Shown piece after piece: positions 49,614-58,369 of a DNA stretch of 64,000 nt (its first letter is position 1; each line of letters starts with the position of its first letter). This DNA is from Patescibacteria group bacterium (lineage in GTDB: Bacteria; Patescibacteriota; Microgenomatia; UBA8517). The position numbers were made by a program, and so were the translations under genes. Location of the stretch: positions 10,752 through 74,751 of the forward strand of contig JAHJHG010000006.1 in the NCBI GenBank assembly GCA_018823885.1, read 5' to 3'. The notes below the pieces were generated by a model. The model had not been told where the DNA came from. It saw nothing but the letters and a program-made list of their open reading frames with translations, and did not search any database.

Positions 49614-49864
49614 AAAACTTGCCCAAAAGTATCTTTTCCCTGCTAATTGCCCTTCTTTTGGTTGCAGTTTTGCTTATCCTCCCCGATGCAGACGTCACCT
49701 TCAAAAAACAGCTTGATTTTCTTACTAAAAGTGACAATGCGGCCATTGCCTTTGGCTATTATCTTCTTCAAAAAATAATATCTGGCGCTTTAGTTATTTT
49801 TCTAACAATAACCATTTCTATTGCCGGTCATAGAACATATAAGAAATATAGAAGCGAAATTTGA
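49610..49864 (+). CDS. Small membrane protein (2 TM)
   Basis: The 84-aa ORF overlaps the previous stop by 4 nt, and its product is hydrophobic. Confidence 0.35.
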   Translation: MKNLPKSIFSLLIALLLVAVLLILPDADVTFKKQLDFLTKSDNAAIAFGYYLLQKIISGALVIFLTITISIAGHRTYKKYRSEI

Positions 49865-49866
49865 AG

Positions 49867-50616
49867 TTATTGACTTTGAAGGGCTACGTCTATTGCCTGC
49901 TTCATGGAATCAAAAGGAAGTGCTCCCGGTATAAGCCAAGCTTCACCTTTATCATTTAATATAATATTTCCAGGCGTTCCATTAACTCCTGCGGCCATTC
50001 CACCTTGATATTGGTTTTCAACCTTCTCATCGTTGTTACCAGCCTCAAGACAATTTGCAAATTCACTTGCGTCAAGACCAATATTTGCGGCCACTTTCTT
50101 AAGTCCGGCATCAGTAAGGTTCGTTGTTTGGTCTGCAAATACTCCACCTATAAAGGCCCAAAAACTTTCGTCTCCCCCTTTCTCTGCAGCGCACTCGGAC
50201 GCTATGGCAGCGGGACGGGCTCTATCATGAAATTCCAGAGGAAAATGCCTATACACCCAAGCAATATCGTCTCCATATTCATCTTTTAGCTGTTGCGCCG
50301 TGGCATGGAAAGTCGAACAATACGGACACTCAAGATCTGAGTATTCAATTAGAATAACCTTTGCGTCTTTGTTTCCTTTAATATGGTCTTCGTCGCTTAT
50401 GGGTACAATATTTTTTACCTGATCCTCTGTTAGTTTGCCATCTGCTGGGGGCGGCACAACATCGGCCGGCTGAGCAACACCCTCTACTTTTCCTCCCTCA
50501 AGAGTGCTCACTTTTTGCCAAAGAATCCCAACTGCAAAAGCAAGTATTACTGTCGCCACAAGAAGAATCGGGGTCAATTTTTCAAAGGTGCCTTCTTTGG
50601 TGGACTTTTCTGGCAT
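49867..50616 (-). CDS. DsbA-like thiol:disulfide oxidoreductase, membrane-anchored
   Basis: The 249-aa ORF has an N-terminal TM anchor and a thioredoxin-fold active site, CPYC (YSDLECPYCSTFH). Confidence 0.7.
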   Translation of the reverse strand: MPEKSTKEGTFEKLTPILLVATVILAFAVGILWQKVSTLEGGKVEGVAQPADVVPPPADGKLTEDQVKNIVPISDEDHIKGNKDAKVILIEYSDLECPYCSTFHATAQQLKDEYGDDIAWVYRHFPLEFHDRARPAAIASECAAEKGGDESFWAFIGGVFADQTTNLTDAGLKKVAANIGLDASEFANCLEAGNNDEKVENQYQGGMAAGVNGTPGNIILNDKGEAWLIPGALPFDSMKQAIDVALQSQ

Positions 50617-50640
50617 ATGGAGATATTGCTCGAAAAAGCC

Positions 50641-51642
50641 CTATTTGTCAAGGGTTGTCTCTTGCTTCTTATTCCCCTGTTTTTCGTCCAAATACTTTAA
50701 GGCTTCCATCCCCGCCATACAACCAAAACCTGCGGCCGTTATCGCCTGACGGTAATGATAATCATGAACGTCACCAGCGACAAATACTCCATCTGTGCTG
50801 GTTTTAGTATGATCATTAACAACAATATAGCCTTTTTCATCAAGCTCGACCTTGCCTTTAAAAATAGCGGTTGAAGGGGTGTGCCCTACGGCTACAAAAA
50901 CTCCGTCTACTACCAGTTCGCTTTTTTCCCCTGTCTTGGTGTTTTCAAGAAGTATTTTTTCTAGTTTTTGTTCTCCAACAAACTCTTTTACTTGAGTATC
51001 CCAAATTACTTTAATTTTTTTATTATCTTTCACCTTTTTCTGCATGGCCGCCGAGGCCCTAAATTCTTCTCTCCTGTGGACAATGGTTATGGAATTTGAA
51101 TATTTCGTAAGAACCAAGGCTTCTTCCATTGCAGAATCCCCTCCTCCAATGACAGCCGTGTCTTTGTCTTTAAAAAATGGAGCATCACATGGAGCACAAG
51201 ATGAAACTCCTCTTCCACGCAATCTGTCTTCACCTGGTACTCCAAGCCATTTAGTCTCTGCTCCAGTGGCGATAATTACCGATTTTGCTAGGTATTTTGT
51301 TTCTCCAACTGTCAATTCAAAATATTCTTTACTAAAATCAACGGCCTCTACATTTTTCTCGATGAATTCCGCTCCAAACCTCTCACTTTGCTTCCTCATT
51401 TTTTGCATCAAATCAGGACCCTCAATTCCTTCATGAAAGCCTGGATAATTATCTACTTCTGTTGTTAGCATTAATTGACCACCCCACTTTTCTCCTCCTA
51501 ATATCAAAGTCGAAGCAGCTCCTCTTGTTGTGTAAATAGCGGCTGTCAATGAAGCGGGTCCGGAACCTATTACTGCGACATCCCAAGGTTCTGTGAAGTT
51601 TTTCGGTTTTTGTGCAAATTCAATCTTTTGCTTTTCATCCAT
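50641..51642 (-). CDS. trxB: Thioredoxin-disulfide reductase
   Basis: The 333-aa ORF has FAD-binding (VAVIGSGPASLTAAIY) and NADPH-binding (AVIGGGDSAMEEA) GxGxxG/A motifs. Its redox-active pair is CAPC (SCAPCDAPFF). Confidence 0.85.
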   Translation of the reverse strand: MDEKQKIEFAQKPKNFTEPWDVAVIGSGPASLTAAIYTTRGAASTLILGGEKWGGQLMLTTEVDNYPGFHEGIEGPDLMQKMRKQSERFGAEFIEKNVEAVDFSKEYFELTVGETKYLAKSVIIATGAETKWLGVPGEDRLRGRGVSSCAPCDAPFFKDKDTAVIGGGDSAMEEALVLTKYSNSITIVHRREEFRASAAMQKKVKDNKKIKVIWDTQVKEFVGEQKLEKILLENTKTGEKSELVVDGVFVAVGHTPSTAIFKGKVELDEKGYIVVNDHTKTSTDGVFVAGDVHDYHYRQAITAAGFGCMAGMEALKYLDEKQGNKKQETTLDK

Positions 51643-51710
51643 ACTAATATTTCTACAAAGCCAGGCAAGCCTAATGAATCATTAGGCTGCCTTCTTCTTT
51701 TTTAACAAAT

Positions 51711-51986
51711 TTATACTGCAGGAGGTGTTCCTGCTCCAGGTGTTCCTTTGTCCTCCTCTGTTATTGGCGCGGGGACTGTAGGTGCTGGCTCCGGAGTTAC
51801 TACTTCTGGTGTTTCTGATACAGGTTTGTCTATTGGCTCCGGAGTAACCGCTGGTTCCACTGGTTGATCCATCGGTACTACTGGAGGAGTTTGATCTCCA
51901 ACGGTAGGCTGATCAGTGCCTGTAGGTGTAGGAGTTGTTACTCCTGTGTCATCTGTTTTATCTTGTTTAGGATCCAAATTACTCAC
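51711..51986 (-). CDS. Pro/Thr-rich small hypothetical protein
   Basis: The 91-aa ORF is low-complexity sequence (PTPTGT, PPVVP, PEP repeats). Coding status is uncertain. Confidence 0.3.
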   Translation of the reverse strand: MSNLDPKQDKTDDTGVTTPTPTGTDQPTVGDQTPPVVPMDQPVEPAVTPEPIDKPVSETPEVVTPEPAPTVPAPITEEDKGTPGAGTPPAV

Positions 51987-51996
51987 CCCCTTCTAA

Positions 51997-52368
51997 TTAA
52001 ATACCTTTTTTAATAAGGTCTTCAAAAACTTTTTTTCCTGCAAATCCAATTTGACGTCCTATTTCGTTGCCGTCTTTAATAAGAACTGTTGTCGGAATAG
52101 ACATAACATCATAATCGGCAGCAGATTTTTGATTCTCATCTATATTGAGTTTAACAATCTGAATCTTACCTTCGTATTCCTCAGCAAGTTCATCTAATAC
52201 AGGACCAGCCATTCTGCAAGGACCGCACCAAGGAGCCCAAAAATCAACCAAAACAGGAATCGTCGATTTTAAGACCTTCTCATCAAAAACTGCATCTGTT
52301 ATTTCCATCGTTGCCATACGGTTCTCACTATACCCAGCAAAACCACGCCCAGTCAATACGCAAAGCAC
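51997..52368 (-). CDS. trxA: Thioredoxin
   Basis: The 123-aa ORF carries the WCGPC active site (FWAPWCGPCRM) in a thioredoxin fold. Confidence 0.85.
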   Translation of the reverse strand: MLCVLTGRGFAGYSENRMATMEITDAVFDEKVLKSTIPVLVDFWAPWCGPCRMAGPVLDELAEEYEGKIQIVKLNIDENQKSAADYDVMSIPTTVLIKDGNEIGRQIGFAGKKVFEDLIKKGI

Positions 52369-52392
52369 ACGGCTCTGCCAAGATTAAACTAC

Positions 52393-52926
52393 TTATAATA
52401 CGAAACTCAACAATAAAAGAACTAAAAACATTATTGACCAATAAACTTTTGCTTGATTTTCGCTTATTTCGAAATTATATCCCCCGGTCCAATTGTCCAT
52501 ATTGCCCGTTTCTACTAAATCTACTGCCTGATCAACCAAAAGGTGCAAGAAAAATGCTAAAACGACTCCTCTACTAAACAGGCTGCCTGAAGAAGTAACC
52601 ACCAAGAAAGCAAGAACAATAAAGACCAACTGGAAAAGGCCCGAATGAAATACCAATTTTGTTCTTTCGCTCCGAGTTTCGGCTAAAAGACGGAACGACT
52701 TTGAAAGATTTCTTTTCCCCATCATATAGCCCACTCTTTGCGAAGTAAGTTCGTGAGGTTTTAGAAAATATACATATATAAAATGATCTAAATCAGGCAG
52801 GATATTACCAAATATTCCCCCTATCCAAAGGGGCCAATAAGAAAGGCTCATCCAGCCCTTGGCAAGAGATATAAAGATAAAAAGGGAAATTAAGAACGAG
52901 TAATGTATGAAAATTTCTTTTTTCAT
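52393..52926 (-). CDS. Integral membrane protein (about 5 TM)
   Basis: The 177-aa ORF is hydrophobic. No motif was recognised. Confidence 0.4.
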   Translation of the reverse strand: MKKEIFIHYSFLISLFIFISLAKGWMSLSYWPLWIGGIFGNILPDLDHFIYVYFLKPHELTSQRVGYMMGKRNLSKSFRLLAETRSERTKLVFHSGLFQLVFIVLAFLVVTSSGSLFSRGVVLAFFLHLLVDQAVDLVETGNMDNWTGGYNFEISENQAKVYWSIMFLVLLLLSFVL

Positions 52927-52954
52927 TACGGCAGTTTACTTAAGAATACTTTAG

Positions 52955-53230
52955 TTACCTCTCAATTTCAAAGCCTGTATGCTCCTTGGTCGCCTTTTTC
53001 CATTTAACTTCTACGTACTTAACCCCCGCGACGCTTGGTCCTATTTTGCATTTATTGATTATTTCTTCTATTTTATCTTTTGGCCCTTCAAAAACAGCCT
53101 CCACTCTACCGTCAGTAAGATTTTTTACCCAGCCGGTTAAACCTAATCTTTCAGCCTGAGTACGAACCCAAACGCGATAGAAAACACCTTGAACTTCCCC
53201 TTTGATAAATACGTGTGCGCTTGTGTTCAT
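52955..53230 (-). CDS. Acylphosphatase
   Basis: The 91-aa ORF carries the signature VxGxVQGVxFR (VFIKGEVQGVFYRVWV) and GWVKNLTDGRVE. Confidence 0.8.
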   Translation of the reverse strand: MNTSAHVFIKGEVQGVFYRVWVRTQAERLGLTGWVKNLTDGRVEAVFEGPKDKIEEIINKCKIGPSVAGVKYVEVKWKKATKEHTGFEIER

Positions 53231-53259
53231 TTAACCATCTCTTTCTTTTTCTACTTTTC

Positions 53260-54237
53260 TCAGTCCGTAAACACCTGGACAAACATTTTGCCGTATATTC
53301 CATTATCAATAACTCCAATGCCAACTTTATTAAACTTAGGCTCTAAAATATTTTCTCTGTGCCCCTCTGAATTCATTAATCCTACGTGTGCCGATGACAC
53401 AGTCGGAGCTAGAGCTAAGTTCTCCCCCGCATAATCGTAATTAATTCCTGCTTCCGTCAATCTATCTCCAGCATCTTTTCCCTCAGGCGAAACATGGCCA
53501 AAATATTTTCTTTCCCACATGTCAGTGGCGTGCACCCTTGCTACCGAAACAATTTCTGTATCCCAGCTGAGCTTATTCAAACCGGCCGCCTCTCTTTCTT
53601 CATTCACCAATTTGAACATTTCCCCTTCAGACGCTTCATCAACTAGTAATTCTTGGGTGGCAACTTCAAGAGCAACTCTTTCCTTGCTTTCAGGCTTAAT
53701 GGTGAAATAAGTAAGAGAATCTTCTATTACTCCCCCAAATATTTCGTTTATCTTACTTTCAATTCCCGCTGTTTGTTCTAAGATGTACCCACCTATCTTT
53801 GACTCTGTCGTGCTTAGTTTAATCTTGGGCGAAACAGGAAGACCAAGAACAAGAGTTAAAATAAAGGCAACAATAATTAACCCTTCACCCAAGGCAGGTA
53901 AAATTGCCAATATTTTTTGACCTTTTATTTTTCTATATTTTTTAGGGAGCTTTGTAATCGCATGACCAAATAAATAACCCAACAACGCTTCTGTCAATAT
54001 CGCTGTTATTAAAAAACCTAAGGCATTTGAAGCTGATGGAGAGAGCGAAAAATTAGCTCGAAGCAATCCGGCTGTAAATTGATAGGCTCGGAAAGAAATG
54101 AGAATCGAGCCCAGAAAAGAAAAGAAATCTGCAAGTATTACCCAAAATCCATGTCTTACTCCTTCGGTTACAAAAAACAATATTATGGCGATTATGAGTA
54201 AATCAACCCAGTTCCCATTTAGGCTTAATATATTCAT
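53260..54237 (-). CDS. Membrane protein with N-terminal CvpA-like TM domain and C-terminal CAP/SCP (YkwD-like) domain
   Basis: The 325-aa ORF has 4 TM helices. Its C-terminal segment (HATDMWERKYFGHVSPEG...GENLALAP...GHRENIL) matches CAP-domain motifs. Confidence 0.55.
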   Translation of the reverse strand: MNILSLNGNWVDLLIIAIILFFVTEGVRHGFWVILADFFSFLGSILISFRAYQFTAGLLRANFSLSPSASNALGFLITAILTEALLGYLFGHAITKLPKKYRKIKGQKILAILPALGEGLIIVAFILTLVLGLPVSPKIKLSTTESKIGGYILEQTAGIESKINEIFGGVIEDSLTYFTIKPESKERVALEVATQELLVDEASEGEMFKLVNEEREAAGLNKLSWDTEIVSVARVHATDMWERKYFGHVSPEGKDAGDRLTEAGINYDYAGENLALAPTVSSAHVGLMNSEGHRENILEPKFNKVGIGVIDNGIYGKMFVQVFTD

Positions 54238-54551
54238 TTTTGTTTCTTTGCTTCTGCTTCTTTTTTAAGTTGTTGTAATTTCCACATAAATAATCGTGGT
54301 TTACTTTTAACATTTGCCGCATCTTTAACAAAATTTTTTGCCACCTCCAATAATCCACGAGGGGTTTCTTTTGCCAGTTTTATATATAAAGATGTGTTTT
54401 TTAAGTCCCCCATTTCCTTAGCAAGCTCATAACCATATTTTTGAAACTCGTGAGAAATATATTTGTCCTCGTCAATCTTAAATCTTTTCAATACATCCCC
54501 AACTAATGAAAATTCTTTATTTTTGCCTCGTTTTTTTATATTTTTTGTCAT
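54234..54551 (-). CDS. Lys-rich hypothetical protein
   Basis: This 105-aa ORF overlaps the next gene by 4 nt. Confidence 0.35.
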   Translation of the reverse strand: MTKNIKKRGKNKEFSLVGDVLKRFKIDEDKYISHEFQKYGYELAKEMGDLKNTSLYIKLAKETPRGLLEVAKNFVKDAANVKSKPRLFMWKLQQLKKEAEAKKQK

Positions 54552-55750
54552 TTGTCTTGAAGTTTTCTCTTATACACAGCAATCAATGGCAGCGTGCTCA
54601 AAACTGCGGCAATTATAAAACCTTCTTCCAATCTGCCACCATATAACATCCAGACAATAAGTAATATTAAAGACAACAGCCCACCTATTGTAATGGCTGT
54701 TTCTCTAAAAAGAATCGCTCTCGCGGACCCGCCTTCAACTCCTTTTTTATAAGTTAAGGTATTTAAAGGCAGTTCAACCATTCTTTGACCGAAATTCCAA
54801 ACACTGTCCGCTAAGATAAAGATTGGTAAAGATTTTTTAATAATCCTAATAATCCAAGAGAGTGTAACCAAAGGTACTCCGATAGAAATAATCTTTCTTT
54901 CCCCTTGTTTATCAACCCATCTCCCCAAAACTAAAGAGAAAATCGCTGCAAAAAATATTGATACCGACACTACTGCTCCCAGGCTGATGACCTGCCCAAA
55001 AAATCTAAACAGAAACACAGGCCAAATAACCATATAAAGAATAGTTTCAGCTGATGATCCAATATAGGCAAGTGAAATGGATTTATGGCTCTTTATCAAT
55101 GAAATCACCTCAGAAAACTTAATGTCTCTCCTTTGCCTTCTTTCGTGATCTTTCCCTAATAAAAGAAGGGCGATACCCATAAAAACTCCTGAGAATATAT
55201 ATAGAGAGTTAAAGCCCAAAAAACTGATAAGTAAGGCTCCCAGGAAAGGAGATAAAACAGCAACGATCGTTTCTAAAAACCTCGCTTCACCTATATTAAG
55301 ACCAAAATGATCACCATCCCCCTCCTTAATAAAATACCCGTGATATCCCCACCAGAAAAAGCCGACATGAATCCCCCAAAAAATTGCCGCTGGGATAAGT
55401 AAATACGGACACAGAGATGTAAAAACTAAACTTAAGATAAATATAACAAAAGGCACAAATGATGCCCAAATCATGCTCTTAAAACCAATCTTCTGGCTTA
55501 AATTTTCAGAAAAGGAAAGACTGATAGTCTTCGACAATATGGCAATTACGTAATACAAAAGGACAACAATAATCGCATAACGTGAGTCCAAACCATATTT
55601 TTGCCCAATTTCATAGATATATATTGGAGAAAAAATAGAAATAAGTGTAACGGCCACTCTTCGCGCCACACCACTTAAAAGAAGAGGCTTTAATTCATTT
55701 TTACGATAATTAAAAAAATTAAAGTTATTTGGAAGATGCCAAGTAAGCAT
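54548..55750 (-). CDS. Polytopic membrane protein (possible MFS-type transporter)
   Basis: The 400-aa ORF has about 10-12 TM helices. The assignment is by architecture only. Confidence 0.4.
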   Translation of the reverse strand: MLTWHLPNNFNFFNYRKNELKPLLLSGVARRVAVTLISIFSPIYIYEIGQKYGLDSRYAIIVVLLYYVIAILSKTISLSFSENLSQKIGFKSMIWASFVPFVIFILSLVFTSLCPYLLIPAAIFWGIHVGFFWWGYHGYFIKEGDGDHFGLNIGEARFLETIVAVLSPFLGALLISFLGFNSLYIFSGVFMGIALLLLGKDHERRQRRDIKFSEVISLIKSHKSISLAYIGSSAETILYMVIWPVFLFRFFGQVISLGAVVSVSIFFAAIFSLVLGRWVDKQGERKIISIGVPLVTLSWIIRIIKKSLPIFILADSVWNFGQRMVELPLNTLTYKKGVEGGSARAILFRETAITIGGLLSLILLIVWMLYGGRLEEGFIIAAVLSTLPLIAVYKRKLQDK

Positions 55751-56286
55751 TATTTGTTTTTAACCATTAACGATATAACTTCTCTATTTATTTTAACAAT
55801 CACGGGAGTAATAATTTTGACTTCTTCTTCTGTAAAATCTTGCAAAACATATGCTTCTCCGGAGATCTTGTTCTCCGCACTTCGGTTATCTACACCAATC
55901 CTTACCCTCCAAAAATCAGTTTTCCCTATTTTATCCTCAATTGACTTGATCCCTTTATGAAGTTTCGGACCTTTTCCTTTTTGAATTTTATAGTCTCCCA
56001 AAGCAATATCTAAATCATCGTGAATAACCCATAAGTCAGAGCTTTTTATTTTATACTGATCAATTAATTTCTTCACAGCTTCGCCTGATTGATTCATAAA
56101 AGTTTGAGGTTTGGCCAACATAAATAATCCTTCGTGTTTGATTATTAATGACTGAAATTTCTTAACCGAGGACCATTCTTCTTCAAACAGTTGGTTCGCC
56201 ATTTCATCAACAACTAAATAACCGCTGTTGTGGCGATTGTTTCTGTGTTTATCCCCCGGATTACCTAGGCCTACTATTAATTTCAT
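55750..56286 (-). CDS. pth: Peptidyl-tRNA hydrolase (canonical)
   Basis: The 178-aa ORF reads LIVGLGNPGDKHRNNRHNSGYLVVD (Asn10, His20), FMNQSG, VIHDDLD, HKG and FWRVRIGV. Confidence 0.9.
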   Translation of the reverse strand: MKLIVGLGNPGDKHRNNRHNSGYLVVDEMANQLFEEEWSSVKKFQSLIIKHEGLFMLAKPQTFMNQSGEAVKKLIDQYKIKSSDLWVIHDDLDIALGDYKIQKGKGPKLHKGIKSIEDKIGKTDFWRVRIGVDNRSAENKISGEAYVLQDFTEEEVKIITPVIVKINREVISLMVKNK

Positions 56287-56303
56287 CGGTTTAATTTTAG
56301 CAC

Positions 56304-56927
56304 TTACTTCCTTACGAAGGGAACGAAGTGAAAAATGCCATGTTCTTCTTTTTTAATTTTTCTATCTTCTCCTTTAAAAAACTTGGTCATCATCTTATCA
56401 CTTCCTTTACCTACGGGTGCGACAAGAACACCCCCCTCTTTTAATTGGTCAAATAATACTTGAGGTACTTCACCCTCTATCCCTGCTGTTACCAGGATTG
56501 CATCAAACGGCGCCTTCTCGAGCCACCCTACTCCCCCTGTCCCTGCTTTTGTATACACATTCTTAAAATTCAGTTTTGCTAATTTCTTTCGCGCTTTTCT
56601 GGCCAAATCCTCAATTATCTCTATCGTAAAAACTTCTTTAGCCAGAAGAGAAAGAATTGCTGCTTGATAACCAGAACCCGTTCCTATTTCAAGAACTCTT
56701 TCTTTGCCTTTAAGATTCAGCAAATCGGTCATAAAGGCGACTGTATACGGCTGAGACATTGTCTGGCCGTGTCCTATGGGTACAGGGCTATCCCCGTATG
56801 CAGAATGCCGATACTCTTTGGGGGAGAATTTATCACGAGGAACCTGAAGCATGGCAGAAAAAACACTGGGCGAGTCAAGGTCATACCTTGTCTTTATCTC
56901 CCAAACCATCTTCTCTCGGGGATTCAT
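56304..56927 (-). CDS. pcm: Protein-L-isoaspartate O-methyltransferase
   Basis: The 207-aa ORF carries the SAM motif VLEIGTGSGYQAAIL and has a PIMT-like overall length and order. Confidence 0.8.
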   Translation of the reverse strand: MNPREKMVWEIKTRYDLDSPSVFSAMLQVPRDKFSPKEYRHSAYGDSPVPIGHGQTMSQPYTVAFMTDLLNLKGKERVLEIGTGSGYQAAILSLLAKEVFTIEIIEDLARKARKKLAKLNFKNVYTKAGTGGVGWLEKAPFDAILVTAGIEGEVPQVLFDQLKEGGVLVAPVGKGSDKMMTKFFKGEDRKIKKEEHGIFHFVPFVRK

Positions 56928-56931
56928 TTTT

Positions 56932-57270
56932 CTATGCCTTCTCTGCTAATTGCTTTGCAAACTTTCCAAAGAGAGGGACTTCCCATTTTTCTCCTTGCCA
57001 AGCTTTATATATTAATAGGAGCCAAAGAACAAAAGAAACAATCCCGATTAGTGGTACTAATGGCAAAAGGAAAATAGTTAACCCTAATATAAACTGCAAA
57101 ATAAATAGTCCAATAAAGACCACTATCGATTGCATTGCGTGGAAACGGACATAGGCATCTTTCTCAATAACCAAGAAAATAACACCAGTAATTGGACCTA
57201 ATACATATGCCATCGCTCCAGCAGTATTTTTATTTAAACCTGTACCTGATTTTGTCGCCATCTCTATCAC
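56932..57270 (-). CDS. Small membrane protein (DUF4870-like, 3 TM)
   Basis: The 112-aa ORF is hydrophobic. Confidence 0.4.
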   Translation of the reverse strand: MIEMATKSGTGLNKNTAGAMAYVLGPITGVIFLVIEKDAYVRFHAMQSIVVFIGLFILQFILGLTIFLLPLVPLIGIVSFVLWLLLIYKAWQGEKWEVPLFGKFAKQLAEKA

Positions 57271-57397
57271 CCCCTCTTTTTATGAAACAAGTCTGTTTCT
57301 ATGATTTCAAAAGCAACAAGATTAGTCAAGGTCTGCAAAATATAAAAATATCTCCTGGGGATCATTACGCTACAAACTAATATCTAAATAATGATTC

Positions 57398-58369
57398 TCA
57401 AACAAAGGTGGCAAGAAGAAAAAGGAGATAAAGAAGGAGGAGAATGCCAGCTTCCCACCTGTCCAGCCTGTGCTTGCTCCTTATAAAATACCAAAAAGTA
57501 ATAAAGATTAATAAGAAAGCTCCTACGGCAATCATATACTCGCTTCCCGAAACTACCTTAATGGGGTAAATAACCGCAGCAATGCCGATTACAAGGGTTG
57601 AGTTGGCAATAATCGAGCCCAGCAAGTTTCCAAAAAACATGGATGGCTGGCGATCTTCTAAGGAGCGCAGAGAAAACGCAAGCTCAGGTAAAGATGTCCC
57701 GGCTGCGATAAGAATAAGTCCAATAACAAACACCTCGACTCCTGCGGCCACGGCCAACTGAGTTGACAGTTTCACAATCACGTCTGCAGAAAAAAGAAGA
57801 ACTGCAATTCCAACAAAAAGTTTGCCAAATTCCTTTGTTCTTGCTCCATTAATATGATTTACTTTCCTCAAGAAACGGTAATAAAAACTTTCTTTTTTAT
57901 GCTCCTCTGCGATTTCAAGAAAACGTCCTTTAAAGAAACCTGTAGCATAAGCTCCATACATAGCCAGTAGAACAAGGCCATCTACGCGACTGAGTTCTCC
58001 GTCCAAAACCAAAGCAAGGGGCATAATTCCGGCAACTAAGGCTATTAATGCATCGCGCTTCAGAAAATCTCCATGAACATTTACTTTGCCAACAATGAAA
58101 GCAGTTAGTCCCGCAACTAAAGAAATGTTAGCAATATTCGAACCAACAATTACACCCAAGGTGATACTTGGCGTTTTTTCAATTGCTGAAGTTATAGAAA
58201 CGAAGAGTTCGGGAAAAGAAGTGCCTACGGCCAGGATAATTGCCGAAAGAGCAAAAAGGCCGGTTTTTGTCTGTTTGGCTATCCTTCTTAAGGCAACAAT
58301 TGCCATATCGGCGGATTTAACAAGAATAAACGAAAATAGAATTAGTAATAGTATTAACCCTGGAACCAT
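57398..58369 (-). CDS. Sodium/calcium exchanger family (CaCA, YrbG-like) membrane protein
   Basis: The 323-aa ORF has two alpha-repeat signatures, GTSFPELFVSI and GTSLPELAFS. Confidence 0.8.
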   Translation of the reverse strand: MVPGLILLLILFSFILVKSADMAIVALRRIAKQTKTGLFALSAIILAVGTSFPELFVSITSAIEKTPSITLGVIVGSNIANISLVAGLTAFIVGKVNVHGDFLKRDALIALVAGIMPLALVLDGELSRVDGLVLLAMYGAYATGFFKGRFLEIAEEHKKESFYYRFLRKVNHINGARTKEFGKLFVGIAVLLFSADVIVKLSTQLAVAAGVEVFVIGLILIAAGTSLPELAFSLRSLEDRQPSMFFGNLLGSIIANSTLVIGIAAVIYPIKVVSGSEYMIAVGAFLLIFITFWYFIRSKHRLDRWEAGILLLLYLLFLLATFV

